From Nanobdellota archaeon (GTDB lineage Archaea; Nanobdellota; Nanobdellia; Pacearchaeales; GW2011-AR1), in assembly GCA_038045705.1 (NCBI GenBank), contig JBBSXO010000006.1:44506-108505 (forward strand): DNA of 64,000 nt, read 5' to 3'. Made by a program: the position numbers and the translations under genes. This document shows, one piece after another, positions 1-9,980 of the stretch. Positions within the stretch are counted from its first letter, which is position 1. Every line of letters begins with the position of its first letter. The notes beneath the pieces were generated by a model, which saw nothing but the letters and a program-made list of their open reading frames with translations, was not told the origin of the DNA and made no database searches.

Positions 1-36
1 TGATAATATACGAAAACGGCAAAAAGGTAAACTAAC

Positions 37-1221
37 ATGAATATCAAACATAAAGTTTTTTGGAAGAATCCAGGTTACAGAGGATATTCTAAATTAAATA
101 AAGATATTGAATGTGATTATCTTATAGTTGGTGGAGGAATATCAGGAGTTTCACTAGCTTATTTTCTTTCAACTTTGGGTGCAAAGAATGTAATCTTAAT
201 CGAAAAGGATATTCTGGGTTCTGGAGCAACTTCGCATTCGGCAGGAATGCTGACATTAAGAGGAGAATTAGATTTAACTCAGATATTTAATATCCTGGGT
301 AAGAAAAAAGGATCTGAATATTGGGAAGCTAATAAGCACGGTTTAGATATAGTACGAAATATTATCTCTAGAGAGGGTATGAATTGTGATTATGAACCAA
401 ATAATACTCTGTTTGGAAATATTAAAGGAGATTCAACTCATTCGTATTTGAGCAAAGAATATCTACTAGAAAAAGAACTAGATCAAAAAGCAACATTTTT
501 AATAGGAGAAGAAATCAAAAAAGAACTCAATACTCCTCTGTTCGATCAGGCAGTTCTTTCATATGACCATGGGATTTCAGTAAATCCAGTAAAACATGTT
601 CAAGAATTAGCAAGGGTAACAGCAAGAAAAGGAGTAAGATTTTTTGAAAAAACAAGACTAAACAGTTATACGAAAAATATCGCAACAGCGAATCACCATA
701 AAATAAAATTCAAAAAAATAATTCTTGCAATTGACAAAGATTTTAATCATCCTCATGTAAAAAACAGAAAATCCACTATAGTAATTACGAAACCTCTTAC
801 TGATAAAGAAATAGAAAACATAGGTATGAAAACAAGAAAATTTATTTGGGATACAGAAGATGAATACCACTATCTAAAACTAACCAAAGAAAATCGTATG
901 ATGATAGGTTTTGGAGATTTATTTGTAAAAAAAAGACATAAGAAATTATCTCCTCATACTCACCATCTACATAAGATAATATCTTTTACAAAGAGATTAT
1001 TCCCTCAGATTAATCTTAAACCTGAATATGCATGGTCTGGTATTTTCTCAACTAGCTCAAATTTACTTCCTGTGATTCATGAAAAAGAAAACAGGATTTC
1101 TGTATCAGGTGCAGGCTCACAAGTTGTATGTGTTCTAGCATCACATTACATAGCTCATAAGTTGATGGGTGGAAAATCACCTCTAGACAAAATACTTAAG
1201 AACACCTGGATAATAAAGTAA
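37..1221 (+). CDS. FAD-dependent oxidoreductase (DAO/glycine-oxidase-like family)
   Basis: N-terminal Rossmann dinucleotide motif DYLIVGGGISGVSLAYFL...IEKD, followed by GSGATSHSAGML. This is typical of PF01266-type flavoproteins. Confidence 0.6.
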   Translation: MNIKHKVFWKNPGYRGYSKLNKDIECDYLIVGGGISGVSLAYFLSTLGAKNVILIEKDILGSGATSHSAGMLTLRGELDLTQIFNILGKKKGSEYWEANKHGLDIVRNIISREGMNCDYEPNNTLFGNIKGDSTHSYLSKEYLLEKELDQKATFLIGEEIKKELNTPLFDQAVLSYDHGISVNPVKHVQELARVTARKGVRFFEKTRLNSYTKNIATANHHKIKFKKIILAIDKDFNHPHVKNRKSTIVITKPLTDKEIENIGMKTRKFIWDTEDEYHYLKLTKENRMMIGFGDLFVKKRHKKLSPHTHHLHKIISFTKRLFPQINLKPEYAWSGIFSTSSNLLPVIHEKENRISVSGAGSQVVCVLASHYIAHKLMGGKSPLDKILKNTWIIK

Positions 1222-1222
1222 T

Positions 1223-1651
1223 ATGGGCTTCATAAAAGCTGGATTTACGGGTGGATTTCTAGGAATAGTAATTAGTATAGCAGACATTTTTATAAACTCA
1301 AAAATTTTAGAAAAATTATCTTCTTTAGGAGTATATGTGGCAAGTTCATTTGGAAAGGTTTGCATAAACACAATCACAAATGAATGTACATTTTCTGAAA
1401 AATTTACCACAATTCTTGCAACAATTGTAGGCAACACAGTGGCTTATTTTATAGCATTTTCTCTAATAAGCTTAACAGTAAGCATAATTGCAATGTGGCT
1501 TACACCATCTAAAAAAGAACAACAAATAATAGTTCAACAACCCCAAATGATCCAAACTCCTCAAGTTCAAGAAGTAAAACAAACAGAACAAAAGATGGCA
1601 TTAGAAAAAAGACCTATAAAGAGAGCCAAAATATCAAAAAAGAGAAAATAA
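1223..1651 (+). CDS. small membrane protein, hypothetical
   Basis: ORF abuts the preceding gene. It has three hydrophobic segments and a Q/K-rich C-terminus. No recognisable motif. Confidence 0.3.
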   Translation: MGFIKAGFTGGFLGIVISIADIFINSKILEKLSSLGVYVASSFGKVCINTITNECTFSEKFTTILATIVGNTVAYFIAFSLISLTVSIIAMWLTPSKKEQQIIVQQPQMIQTPQVQEVKQTEQKMALEKRPIKRAKISKKRK

Positions 1652-1663
1652 ATAGTTTAAAAA

Positions 1664-2068
1664 CTAAATTTCTTCTTCATCTTCAGAATCGTCAGAATTG
1701 CTAGGTTCTACAAATTCAGATTCTTCATCTACGTCCAGTTCTAACTCTTTCAAAATAGCAATTATCTTATCTAATTTGACATTAATTTGTTTTAAGTCTT
1801 CAGAATTTCCAGGACTCGAAAAGTTACTTCTTCTATCTCCTTGTTTCTCAAAGCATTGACTACAAAGAACAGGTTTAGTTCCTGTTGGTTTGAATGGAAC
1901 TTGACAAGCCTTTCCGCAAGTACTGCAAGTAGCATCAAACATTTCAGTATTCCTTCTCTCAGGTCTTCTATCGCGATTAAATCCTCCGCCAAAGCCCCCG
2001 CCATTAAAGTCTCTACCACGAGGTCTTCCACCGAATCCACCACGATTTCCTCCATCAAATCTACCCAT
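1664..2068 (-). CDS. Gly/Arg-rich zinc-ribbon protein with acidic C-terminal tail (putative nucleic-acid binding)
   Basis: N-terminal RGG/GGF repeats, a CxxC...CxxC ribbon (CSTCGKAC...LCSQCF) and a D/E/S-rich tail. The overlapping antisense ORFs 1792-2058 and 1841-2140 are judged spurious. Confidence 0.4.
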   Translation of the reverse strand: MGRFDGGNRGGFGGRPRGRDFNGGGFGGGFNRDRRPERRNTEMFDATCSTCGKACQVPFKPTGTKPVLCSQCFEKQGDRRSNFSSPGNSEDLKQINVKLDKIIAILKELELDVDEESEFVEPSNSDDSEDEEEI

Positions 2069-2111
2069 GATAAAACGTTAAAATCTGGCTATTTAAATGT
2101 GTCTAAGAGAA

Positions 2112-2594
2112 TTAATTTTTTTTCAAATCGTCTTTTTTAACATTGAGCATGACATTTTCCCCTATCTCTCTAATACAGTTTGAGGGAATTGTTATTTCTT
2201 CCTTGAATAAGAAAGAAAGAATATTGGGTCTGACAATTAAACTTACAATTTGATTTTTATTTTCATAAAGTTCTATAGAAGAAACTCTTCCAATTATTCT
2301 TCCATCTTTATCAAAAACAACTTTACCTTTAACTTCATAAGAAACTCTTATTTTCAGAAAGACAGCATGTTCTGTTATTTTATTGATATAATTTCTGCCA
2401 ACAGTCAATCCTTTTCTCAAAAACCCTTTATCTACAGATATCCCTACGAATTCCAATTCATTAGGGTCTATAAGCACTTTTTCTATAACTCCGATAAATG
2501 TTCCATCGAAATCAATTACTTCTTTACCTAATAGATCCTCAGACGTTAGAGCTTTGCTCAAGTCTCTTCCAGAGATAGACTTTTGTGGCATCAT
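2112..2594 (-). CDS. PRC-barrel domain protein
   Basis: Two repeats of the PRC-barrel pattern LLGKEVIDFDGTFIGVIEKVLID / DKDGRIIGRVSSIEL, as seen in archaeal PRC-barrel proteins. Confidence 0.45.
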   Translation of the reverse strand: MMPQKSISGRDLSKALTSEDLLGKEVIDFDGTFIGVIEKVLIDPNELEFVGISVDKGFLRKGLTVGRNYINKITEHAVFLKIRVSYEVKGKVVFDKDGRIIGRVSSIELYENKNQIVSLIVRPNILSFLFKEEITIPSNCIREIGENVMLNVKKDDLKKN

Positions 2595-3039
2595 ATTTTC
2601 TTTTTACAGTAACAGAAGAAGCTATTTGCTTAATCTCAGATTCGGGAATAAGATATTTTCTCCACCAGCTTCGTATAATTAAACTTTCTATTTCATTAGT
2701 TGTTCCTTTTCGGTTTACTTGTGTAACTCTTCCTAAGACCATGCCATCTAAAGTAATTACTTTTTTTCCTTTTAGCAAAATACTAAGCTCTGTATTAAGT
2801 ATTACTGACTGCATTGAAAGTGTAGAAAAGTAAGCTCTTCCAATGTAAATTGGTTTTTCAAATTCTCTTTTAACAACTATCCCCTCCAATTCTAAGTTTT
2901 CAAAGTTAACTCTTACTTCAGAAATCATACCAACAATAACTCCGCCACTAGATAAAACTCTTTTACCTATTAACTTTCTTATATTTACAGTTTGATCTAA
3001 ATTCACTTCTTTTTTTGTTACGTATTGATAATCTACCAC
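2539..3039 (-). CDS. PRC-barrel domain protein (paralog of downstream gene)
   Basis: Tandem PRC-like units (LIGKRVLSSGGVIVGMISEVRV, LDGMVLGRVTQV). It overlaps the next gene by about 56 nt, so the downstream start may be mis-set. Confidence 0.45.
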   Translation of the reverse strand: MVDYQYVTKKEVNLDQTVNIRKLIGKRVLSSGGVIVGMISEVRVNFENLELEGIVVKREFEKPIYIGRAYFSTLSMQSVILNTELSILLKGKKVITLDGMVLGRVTQVNRKGTTNEIESLIIRSWWRKYLIPESEIKQIASSVTVKRKYDATKVYLWKRLEQSSNV

Positions 3040-3067
3040 TAATTTAGATAGTTCTGTAGTATAAATA

Positions 3068-3688
3068 CTATGCGGAAATTAAATAGAAAATAAGAATCAA
3101 TGTAATATATTTGCATATTTTACCTAATAACGTCAAGGTGAATAAACGTGCGAAATTGTATCTTGCAATTCCTAATGCAAAAGTCAACAGCGGTCCAGGA
3201 AATGGTAAAAAGTTAAAAAGAAATATGCCAACTGAACCGTATTTATTAACAAATCTTCTTCCCTCATAAACTTTCTTCTTAGATATAATATGCATTATTA
3301 ATGGGCTTATTTTTTTCCCAGCATAATAGTTCAGAACTTGAGAGATCATATATCCGATAGTAGAAAAAATTAGAGCAAGAAAGTAATTATTTCCTTTCAA
3401 TAATCCATAATAAAATATTATCTCATCAGGTGACGGAACAAAAAATATTCCACCTATTAGATGGGCTAGAAACAAACCCCAGAGTGTAACGTTTTTAATA
3501 TTATCTGTTAAAAAAAGTACCAAATTTTCAAAATAAGGAAGAGAGTATAATAATTGATAGAAAAATGTCGAAAAAAAGATGCTTATAATTAAAATTATAA
3601 GTAATATTATTATTGAAGAAATAAGTGTCCAGATTTTATGGGTATGTGAATTCTCCTGAATAAAGTTATAATCTGTCATATCTACCAT
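3068..3688 (-). CDS. DedA/SNARE-associated (TVP38/TMEM64) family membrane protein
   Basis: Polytopic membrane protein with the DedA-type segment FFVPSPDEIIFYYGLL...GYMISQVLNYYAGKK. Confidence 0.5.
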   Translation of the reverse strand: MVDMTDYNFIQENSHTHKIWTLISSIIILLIILIISIFFSTFFYQLLYSLPYFENLVLFLTDNIKNVTLWGLFLAHLIGGIFFVPSPDEIIFYYGLLKGNNYFLALIFSTIGYMISQVLNYYAGKKISPLIMHIISKKKVYEGRRFVNKYGSVGIFLFNFLPFPGPLLTFALGIARYNFARLFTLTLLGKICKYITLILIFYLISA

Positions 3689-3942
3689 AATATACTTTAG
3701 TTATTATATTCTTTCCTAAGAATTATATTCAAAGTTGCCCATTCTGGGTGAATTTTCTCATTGCCTGCTCAAGAACAACTTGAGGAGCAAATCCCTTTCT
3801 ACTGCATGCCTTCATAAATTCATCAAATGTATTTTGGTCAACCATAAAGTCAAGTTTTCTTTTCTTTGCTCCTGGTGGTGTTGCTGCCATACTAAATCTA
3901 GATATTATATGTTTATAAACATTCAGAATGATTTTTTGATTG

Positions 3943-4356
3943 TCAATTCTTCCAATTTTTATTTGGTTGCATCATCCCAACTCTGTTGCCTTCCGTATCA
4001 AAAAATGAAACATAAGTTCCGAATCCTGGTATTTCCATTGGTTCTCCTGATATTTCACCACCTGCAACTCTAATATTCTTAATAGCTTCTTTGTAATCAT
4101 CAACACCTATAACAACAGAAGGATAGTTTGAAGTAGCATCATCCGTCTTTTTGTAAAAACCCCCATTAATTGCTCCAGGCTTTTTAGGAAAAGAAGTCTC
4201 TTCATCGATTTCAGTTGTAGTTGCAAGTACATAGTTTCCCATTTCATCCCCAAGCATATTAGTTTTCCATCCAAATACTTTAGAATAGAATTCCATCATT
4301 CGATTCATATCTTTTGCAGGCATTTCAAAATGTACTACAGAGTTCATTTTAACCAT
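3943..4356 (-). CDS. VOC/glyoxalase-bleomycin resistance family protein (PhnB-like)
   Basis: About 137 aa with HFEMPAKDMNRMMEFYSKVFGW and a C-terminal FFDTEGNRVGM, typical of the paired beta-alpha-beta-beta-beta VOC fold. Confidence 0.6.
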   Translation of the reverse strand: MVKMNSVVHFEMPAKDMNRMMEFYSKVFGWKTNMLGDEMGNYVLATTTEIDEETSFPKKPGAINGGFYKKTDDATSNYPSVVIGVDDYKEAIKNIRVAGGEISGEPMEIPGFGTYVSFFDTEGNRVGMMQPNKNWKN

Positions 4357-4410
4357 ACGGCAAAATTACCCCTAAGCATTAATAAATTTATGCAGTCTAG
4401 TCATCTCAAT

Positions 4411-4866
4411 TTATCTAATTAATTTTTTAGGAAATTCCTTTGCTATACGCGGATTTTCTTTTTTGAATCTTTTTATTATCCTATCAAGAAAAGCAATTTG
4501 ACCAAATTTAATGTAGAAATAACCGACTAAAGAAGAGAATAAAGCTCCGATGTTATTCACAATTAAGTCTCCCATTGTATCAACTAATCCAGATTTTTGC
4601 ATATTCAGTCCAAAAAATTGATCCATTCCAAATTCGAATATTTCCCAAATTCCTCCAATAGCTGCAGCAAGGGAAAATGAGAAAATAGCAATACTACCTG
4701 GAGCAGCTACAATATTTCTGTTTCTGTAGAGGATTAAAAGAATAAGAAAGCCAACCAATCCTATAATAACTCCTGTAATGGTATGTAAACCAAGATCCCA
4801 CCACCAAAATGAAGAATAATATCCTCTAAGTTCTCCAAGAAAAATAGAACAGTAGATTAAGAGCAC
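4411..4866 (-). CDS. integral membrane protein, hypothetical (GTG start; may extend upstream)
   Basis: Four predicted TM helices. Upstream in-frame sequence stays hydrophobic, so the true start may be further 5'. Confidence 0.35.
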   Translation of the reverse strand: MLLIYCSIFLGELRGYYSSFWWWDLGLHTITGVIIGLVGFLILLILYRNRNIVAAPGSIAIFSFSLAAAIGGIWEIFEFGMDQFFGLNMQKSGLVDTMGDLIVNNIGALFSSLVGYFYIKFGQIAFLDRIIKRFKKENPRIAKEFPKKLIR

Positions 4867-5134
4867 GATGAATATCTCAAATTCTATTGGAATGTCTATC
4901 CTATAACGTCTTTCAATAAAAAAAGCAAAAAATGTTAATAAAAGTGCGAAAATAACAATTCCTAAAACGTGCCAGTTTTCAGATAGTATAGACCTATATA
5001 AAGCAAGTATTAAAGTAATTCTAACAAACCAAATAAAAAAGAAGTGAAACTTACTCCAAGATGGTCTAACTCCAGAAAATAAAACATTAAGAGAAATATA
5101 TGATCTTCAAAATACTGAAAAAGTCTTTTTTGAA

Positions 5135-5620
5135 TTGTTTAATTCAAATGAAGAAATTACTCATGAATTTATAATTAATGTTCATGATTCTCTTTTAGAA
5201 AATATCGATCCAAGAAAAGGTTATAGAACAACGGACGTAAGAGTCATAAGAAGTAACTTTGATGCTACTCCTGCACCTTATGTTAAAACAGATATGAATT
5301 TATTAGTAAAATGGTATGAAGATCATAAAAATAAGTTGCATCCATTAACTTTAGCTACAATTTTTCACCATAAGTTTGAGAAAATCCATCCATTTATGGA
5401 TGGAAATGGAAGAACTGGAAGAATGATATTAAGTTATATTTTATTAAAAAACAACTATCCAGCGCTGATAATCCGTAAAAAAACTAAGTCTCTTTATCTT
5501 AATGCATTAAAAAAGGCAGATAAAAGTGATTTAACAAAGTTTCCAATGGAAGATTATTCAGAGATAGTTCAGTTTAACGTGCAAGAAATGATTGATACTT
5601 ATTGGAATATCTTTCTTTAA
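5135..5620 (+). CDS. Fic/Doc family protein (short, possibly N-terminally truncated)
   Basis: Canonical Fic active-site motif HPFMDGNGRTGR. Only about 85 aa precede the motif and the ORF starts at TTG, suggesting truncation. Confidence 0.65.
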   Translation: MFNSNEEITHEFIINVHDSLLENIDPRKGYRTTDVRVIRSNFDATPAPYVKTDMNLLVKWYEDHKNKLHPLTLATIFHHKFEKIHPFMDGNGRTGRMILSYILLKNNYPALIIRKKTKSLYLNALKKADKSDLTKFPMEDYSEIVQFNVQEMIDTYWNIFL

Positions 5621-5677
5621 AGCTAAGAGATTTTAAGGATTGTCGAATGTGGATACAATAGTACTATGATGGTATAA

Positions 5678-5761
5678 CGCCCGGACCAGGAATCGAACCT
5701 GGGCATCGCTTGCGCGAAACAAGTTCTCCAAACTTGCGCAATTCCATTATGCGATCCGGGC
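5678..5761 (-). tRNA. tRNA-Ser (anticodon GGA)
   Basis: Hand-folded on the minus strand. Acceptor stem GCCCGGA/TCCGGGC with discriminator G. D stem CGC/GCG of 3 bp. Anticodon stem CAAGT/ACTTG with loop TTGGAGA. Long variable arm TCGC-GCAA-GCGA. T arm CCAGG-TTCGATT-CCTGG. Length 84 nt, no encoded CCA. Confidence 0.75.
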
Positions 5762-5812
5762 AATTAGATATTTCCTAGAATAAAAGAAGTCTTTTAAATA
5801 TTAGTAATAAAC

Positions 5813-6490
5813 TTATTTTCCGTTTCTGGTCTTGTACAATGGTTCGAAATTTTCTAGTATCTGTCTAGCTACTTCTTCCTGTGAAAGGTTAGCATTAATC
5901 TTTACAACTCTCCCAAGTAGTTTATTTGTAATTGAATCTAATTCTAAGGAATTAGCATATATTAATTCGTGACAAGCCACTACCTTTCTTATAAAATCTG
6001 GTTGTTCAAATATTTCTTTTGTCTGACATCTCTTTGCAATTCTTCTTATGGCCTCTTCAGCATCTAAATCAAGATAGTATGTAACATCTGGAGCTTCTAT
6101 CTCAGCTATTTCATGAGCCCTTATTAATTCATCCATTGGTTGATTTTGGGCAGACTGATATGCTAAAGTTGACATAGAGAATCTATCTCCTAAGACAACT
6201 CTTTGTTTTGCAACGTCAGGTTTTATTTCGTTATGATAATGAGGTTTTCTATCTTCTCCTACAAAAAGTTCAGTCATTCTTCTAGCATTAGTCATAGGAT
6301 CATCTTGTTTTTCAAGCATCCCTATTAATTCCCTGGCTTTATGAGTTGGTTCTCGTGTAAGAACAATATTTTGATATTTATTCCAGCCTCTTATAGCTTT
6401 TTCCACATGCCCAATGGCAGTTCCTTTTCCAGACCCATCAACACCTTCAAAAACTACAAATAAACCGACAACCATTTTATTTCCTTTCAT
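5813..6490 (-). CDS. tmk: thymidylate kinase (dTMP kinase)
   Basis: P-loop FVVFEGVDGSGKGT at the N-terminus and a DRF (DRY-like) motif. Co-oriented with folA and thyA. Confidence 0.8.
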   Translation of the reverse strand: MKGNKMVVGLFVVFEGVDGSGKGTAIGHVEKAIRGWNKYQNIVLTREPTHKARELIGMLEKQDDPMTNARRMTELFVGEDRKPHYHNEIKPDVAKQRVVLGDRFSMSTLAYQSAQNQPMDELIRAHEIAEIEAPDVTYYLDLDAEEAIRRIAKRCQTKEIFEQPDFIRKVVACHELIYANSLELDSITNKLLGRVVKINANLSQEEVARQILENFEPLYKTRNGK

Positions 6491-6980
6491 AAGTCACAAA
6501 TTCGTACTCTGCTCTATGACCTTCTGCAACTTTTTGCCAAACATTTAAGTCTATTTTTGGAAAGAAAGAATCTCCAGTATAGTTTCTGTGGATGTGAGTT
6601 ATTTCAAGCCTATCTGCAATCTCTATAGATGATCTATAAATTTCTTCACCACCAATTACATAAACTTCTCCATCTTCTCTAAATTTTCTAGCTTCTTCAA
6701 TGGCTGTCTCAAGATTAAGTCTATAAATCACATCTGATTTATCAGAATGGTTAAGAGTTCTACTCACCACTACATTTAATCTATTTTTTAGTGGAGTTCC
6801 AATAGATTCATAGGTTTTACGACCCATAATCACTCCATGATTAGCAGTTAATCTTACAAATCTCTCCATATCTTCTCTAATTCTCATGCTAAACTCAGGA
6901 TCATCTACCCATGGCATCTTTCCTTGGTAACCAATAACATTATCATTTGCAACAGCAGCAATTAGAATTATTTTTCCCAT
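6477..6980 (-). CDS. folA: dihydrofolate reductase
   Basis: MGKIILIAAVANDNVIGYQGKMPW N-terminus and a VIGGEEIY motif, both classic DHFR. Overlaps tmk by 14 nt and abuts thyA. Confidence 0.8.
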   Translation of the reverse strand: MGKIILIAAVANDNVIGYQGKMPWVDDPEFSMRIREDMERFVRLTANHGVIMGRKTYESIGTPLKNRLNVVVSRTLNHSDKSDVIYRLNLETAIEEARKFREDGEVYVIGGEEIYRSSIEIADRLEITHIHRNYTGDSFFPKIDLNVWQKVAEGHRAEYEFVTYERK

Positions 6981-8042
6981 TTAAACCGCCATCATTCTTT
7001 TTATTGTTGGATGAGGATTATAACTCTTTAATTCAAAATCATCTACAGTCAAATCTTCTAGTTTTTTTGGGGTGATTCTCAATACAGGAAGATTTTTTGG
7101 TTTTCTAGCAAGTTGTTCTATTATTCCCGTAACATGATCTAACCCTTGTTCAAGATTTTCTTCAACAGGTGCATTTTGCTCAATATGTTCTTTTATCTGG
7201 AGAAAGTCTTCTGCAGTGGAAGCACCTCTAACTCTTGTTTTAAGATCTCTTAAACTGTCATTATACCATTTTCCTCTTTCTCCCCTCCCACAATAGAAAT
7301 GAGCATCTCCAAAACTGTGTACAAATCTTCCTGCTTTGAGTCCTACTTGTTCAGCAATTATATGAGTTAATAAAGCATAACCAGCAATATTAAATGGAAC
7401 TCCTAGAAACATATCAGCAGATCTCTGATACATATTACAGTCTAACTTATCTCCAGCAACATTAAATTGAAAAATTGAATGGCATGGAGGTAAAGCCATA
7501 TTATCTACTTCAGCTACATTCCAAGCACTAACCATCAGCCTTCTAGAATTAGGAGATTTCCTTAAAGTTTCGGCAACTTTTCTAATTTGATCAATCTCAG
7601 CACCTTCAATAGTCTTCCATTTTCTCCATTGTTTCCCATAAACATCTCCTAATGTTCCATGTTTAATTGCAAATTCATCATCATCTATAACTTTAGAAAT
7701 AAAAGCAGTTTTTTCGTCAACCCATTGTTGAGTGTAAGGTCTAACCTCCTCCTGTCTGCCTTGACTTCTGAGATAATGATGAAAAGCATTATCGTCCCAT
7801 ATATGAACTTCATTCTTTAATAGTTTCCTGATATTTGTGTCTCCACTTAGAAACCATAATAGTTCATGTACCACATGTTTGAAAGGTATTTTTTTTGTAG
7901 TAGCTAGCGGAAATCCTTCTGACAAGTCATATTCGGTTTGTCCTCCAAATCTTGATAGGCTATCAACTCCCGTCCTGTTTGGTTTGTATACTGTATATTT
8001 ATCAAATAAAACTCTGACTGCATGAGAAAGATATTGATCCAT
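6981..8042 (-). CDS. thyA: thymidylate synthase (ThyA, methylene-THF dependent), with two insertions
   Basis: Catalytic segment LPPCHSIFQFNV, plus DLGPVYG-like and GDAHFY motifs and a C-terminal HP.IK...AV. At 353 aa it is about 90 aa longer than typical ThyA, from two inserts. Confidence 0.9.
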   Translation of the reverse strand: MDQYLSHAVRVLFDKYTVYKPNRTGVDSLSRFGGQTEYDLSEGFPLATTKKIPFKHVVHELLWFLSGDTNIRKLLKNEVHIWDDNAFHHYLRSQGRQEEVRPYTQQWVDEKTAFISKVIDDDEFAIKHGTLGDVYGKQWRKWKTIEGAEIDQIRKVAETLRKSPNSRRLMVSAWNVAEVDNMALPPCHSIFQFNVAGDKLDCNMYQRSADMFLGVPFNIAGYALLTHIIAEQVGLKAGRFVHSFGDAHFYCGRGERGKWYNDSLRDLKTRVRGASTAEDFLQIKEHIEQNAPVEENLEQGLDHVTGIIEQLARKPKNLPVLRITPKKLEDLTVDDFELKSYNPHPTIKRMMAV

Positions 8043-8096
8043 AGCTAAAAAAAGTTATTTTGTTTTTAATAGATATGTATTCTGAAAAGCATACAA

Positions 8097-8717
8097 TCAC
8101 AACTTACTCAAATAATCTTTAATAAACGGCCATGAAATACGAGTCCAAGATTCTACTTCATTATTTGAACTAGAGAATATCTCCTCAATCTCGTTTATCG
8201 AGTAAAATTTACCATGAGTCATATCTTCAATAGGTTTAACTTCGTGATCTGTTTCAGCCAAAGCTACAATGCCAAAATGCACTTCACCCACAGTATCGCT
8301 ATCATCATTAACAAATCCAACAATTTTAGGGATAGGATATTCTTTAATAAATACTTCTTCTTTTAATTCTCTAATCATTGCATCAAGTATGGGGTTATCA
8401 GAATTTTCTTCAGTTTTTTTATCAATATGTCCTCCGACACCACCAGAAAATTTGTCTCGTAATCTACCCTCATTACCCGTTTTTGATCTTTTATATAAAA
8501 AAATTTTTTTCTCAGATGGGTTTAATATCCATACATAAGGAATTGGTTGTTTTATCGAAGAATCATTCTCAAGTCCATGAGTTCTAATTAAATAATTATA
8601 ATTTTCAAGTATTATATCTAAATAATTTTTTTCATCAATAGGATTAAATCCTTGAAAGTCACTTTCTTTAAACAAAACATCTCTCTTAACAACCAGAATC
8701 TCATCACCCATTCCCAT
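8097..8717 (-). CDS. hypothetical protein with degenerate Nudix-like box
   Basis: GGHIDKKTEENSDNPILDAMIRELKEEV resembles the Nudix REUxEE core, but the spacing is non-canonical. Sits just downstream of the dTMP operon. Confidence 0.3.
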   Translation of the reverse strand: MGMGDEILVVKRDVLFKESDFQGFNPIDEKNYLDIILENYNYLIRTHGLENDSSIKQPIPYVWILNPSEKKIFLYKRSKTGNEGRLRDKFSGGVGGHIDKKTEENSDNPILDAMIRELKEEVFIKEYPIPKIVGFVNDDSDTVGEVHFGIVALAETDHEVKPIEDMTHGKFYSINEIEEIFSSSNNEVESWTRISWPFIKDYLSKL

Positions 8718-8749
8718 AAATCAAAATAATAAAATACCTATTTAAAGAT

Positions 8750-9790
8750 TTATATGAATTTTTTTCTAAAACGAGACATAACCCTTTTTTCAATACAAGA
8801 CTTCAATATCGCAGGAATCCAGCCAGTCATAATAAATTTTTTATATTCAATTACTCCAGAATTCTTTCCTAAAGATATTACCATCAGTCTTTTCTTGGAG
8901 ATATATTTCTGCATCTTTCTCCCATTCATATGAGCAAGTAAATTTTGAGCTACAACTTTACCATGTTTCTCTGCATTTTGAGCAGTCTTTTCTTCAACTA
9001 TGTTTGAGACATCACCAGCTACAAATATGTTTTCCATTTGTGGAATTTGCAAATACTCATTTACCTCTATTCCTTTAGGTGCAAATTTTGAAAAATCTCC
9101 TTGCATAAATCCAATATTTGGTTTTATACCTACTGTAAAAAAAGCCATATCGTAATGGTATTTTTTCCCAGATTCTCCAATTATTTCTTTTTTAGTTTTA
9201 TCAACTATTTTTTCATTAAAGTTCATTTCAACCCCTCTTTTTTCTAGAAATTTTCTGGCGTATTCGCTAGTCTTTTCATTGTTTCTTTCAAGTAGTTTTG
9301 GACCTGCACTAATAATAGAAATTTTTTTGTCATTATAGTGGGTTGCTAGCTCCGTAGCAAGTTCAACCCCTACCAGACCACCTCCAACGATCACAATCCT
9401 ATTAGATTTCTGTATTTTTTTATTAGCTTCAAGTAAGTGTTTAACTCTTGTAGCAAAGAAAGTATCTTCTTCTTTTATGGGATTATTATAATTGCTTCCA
9501 GAGGCTATAACTAGGTAATCATAATTTATTTTCTCATTACTAGCAAGTATAACTTTATTATCTTCAATCTTCTTAACATGACCAACAACAACCTTAGTAT
9601 TTGATAAATAATCTTTATGTTTTACATGTAATTTCTTATAATGTTCAGGTTCTACAAGCACACGCAATATACCAGGAGTATATTCAAAGTAATCTTCAGT
9701 GTCAATTAAAGTTAAATTGCATTTACCATTAAGTTTTTTAGCAACAGTTGTCCCAGCAAAACCACCACCAATAATCACAACCTTTTTCAT
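8750..9790 (-). CDS. NAD(P)H/FAD-dependent pyridine nucleotide-disulfide oxidoreductase (NDH-2 / SQR-like)
   Basis: N-terminal MKKVVIIGGGFAGTTVAKKL and a second Rossmann motif IVIVGGGLVGVELA. Length 346 aa. Confidence 0.65.
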   Translation of the reverse strand: MKKVVIIGGGFAGTTVAKKLNGKCNLTLIDTEDYFEYTPGILRVLVEPEHYKKLHVKHKDYLSNTKVVVGHVKKIEDNKVILASNEKINYDYLVIASGSNYNNPIKEEDTFFATRVKHLLEANKKIQKSNRIVIVGGGLVGVELATELATHYNDKKISIISAGPKLLERNNEKTSEYARKFLEKRGVEMNFNEKIVDKTKKEIIGESGKKYHYDMAFFTVGIKPNIGFMQGDFSKFAPKGIEVNEYLQIPQMENIFVAGDVSNIVEEKTAQNAEKHGKVVAQNLLAHMNGRKMQKYISKKRLMVISLGKNSGVIEYKKFIMTGWIPAILKSCIEKRVMSRFRKKFI

Positions 9791-9980
9791 ATAACTAATA
9801 AAAATCTCAGAATTATAAGGTTATTCTTTTAGAATGTTTAAGATAGTAATACTTCCTACCATCAACAATTTTAGTAATTATTTTCATAAATCTATTATAC
9901 CTACAAACTACTTAAATTTTGCTATTTTAGCAAAATGTGGGTATAAAGTCTCGCTTTATTTTTACATGCGTTAGCAAATA

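Noticed and set aside
658-870. Antisense 70-aa ORF inside the FAD oxidoreductase gene. Similar antisense ORFs occur at 1792-2058, 1841-2140, 2250-2531, 16095-16412, 32403-32630, 33310-33558, 37847-38062, 49064-49324, 52663-52968 and 54062-54415.
   Set aside because: They are fully embedded in longer ORFs with clear motifs. Their composition is low-complexity and AT-driven, with no motifs, so they are judged spurious.
2112-3039. Two overlapping PRC-barrel ORFs as a single frameshifted gene
   Set aside because: Each ORF contains complete PRC-like units with its own start codon. The 56-nt overlap is more simply explained by a mis-set upstream start of the downstream gene.
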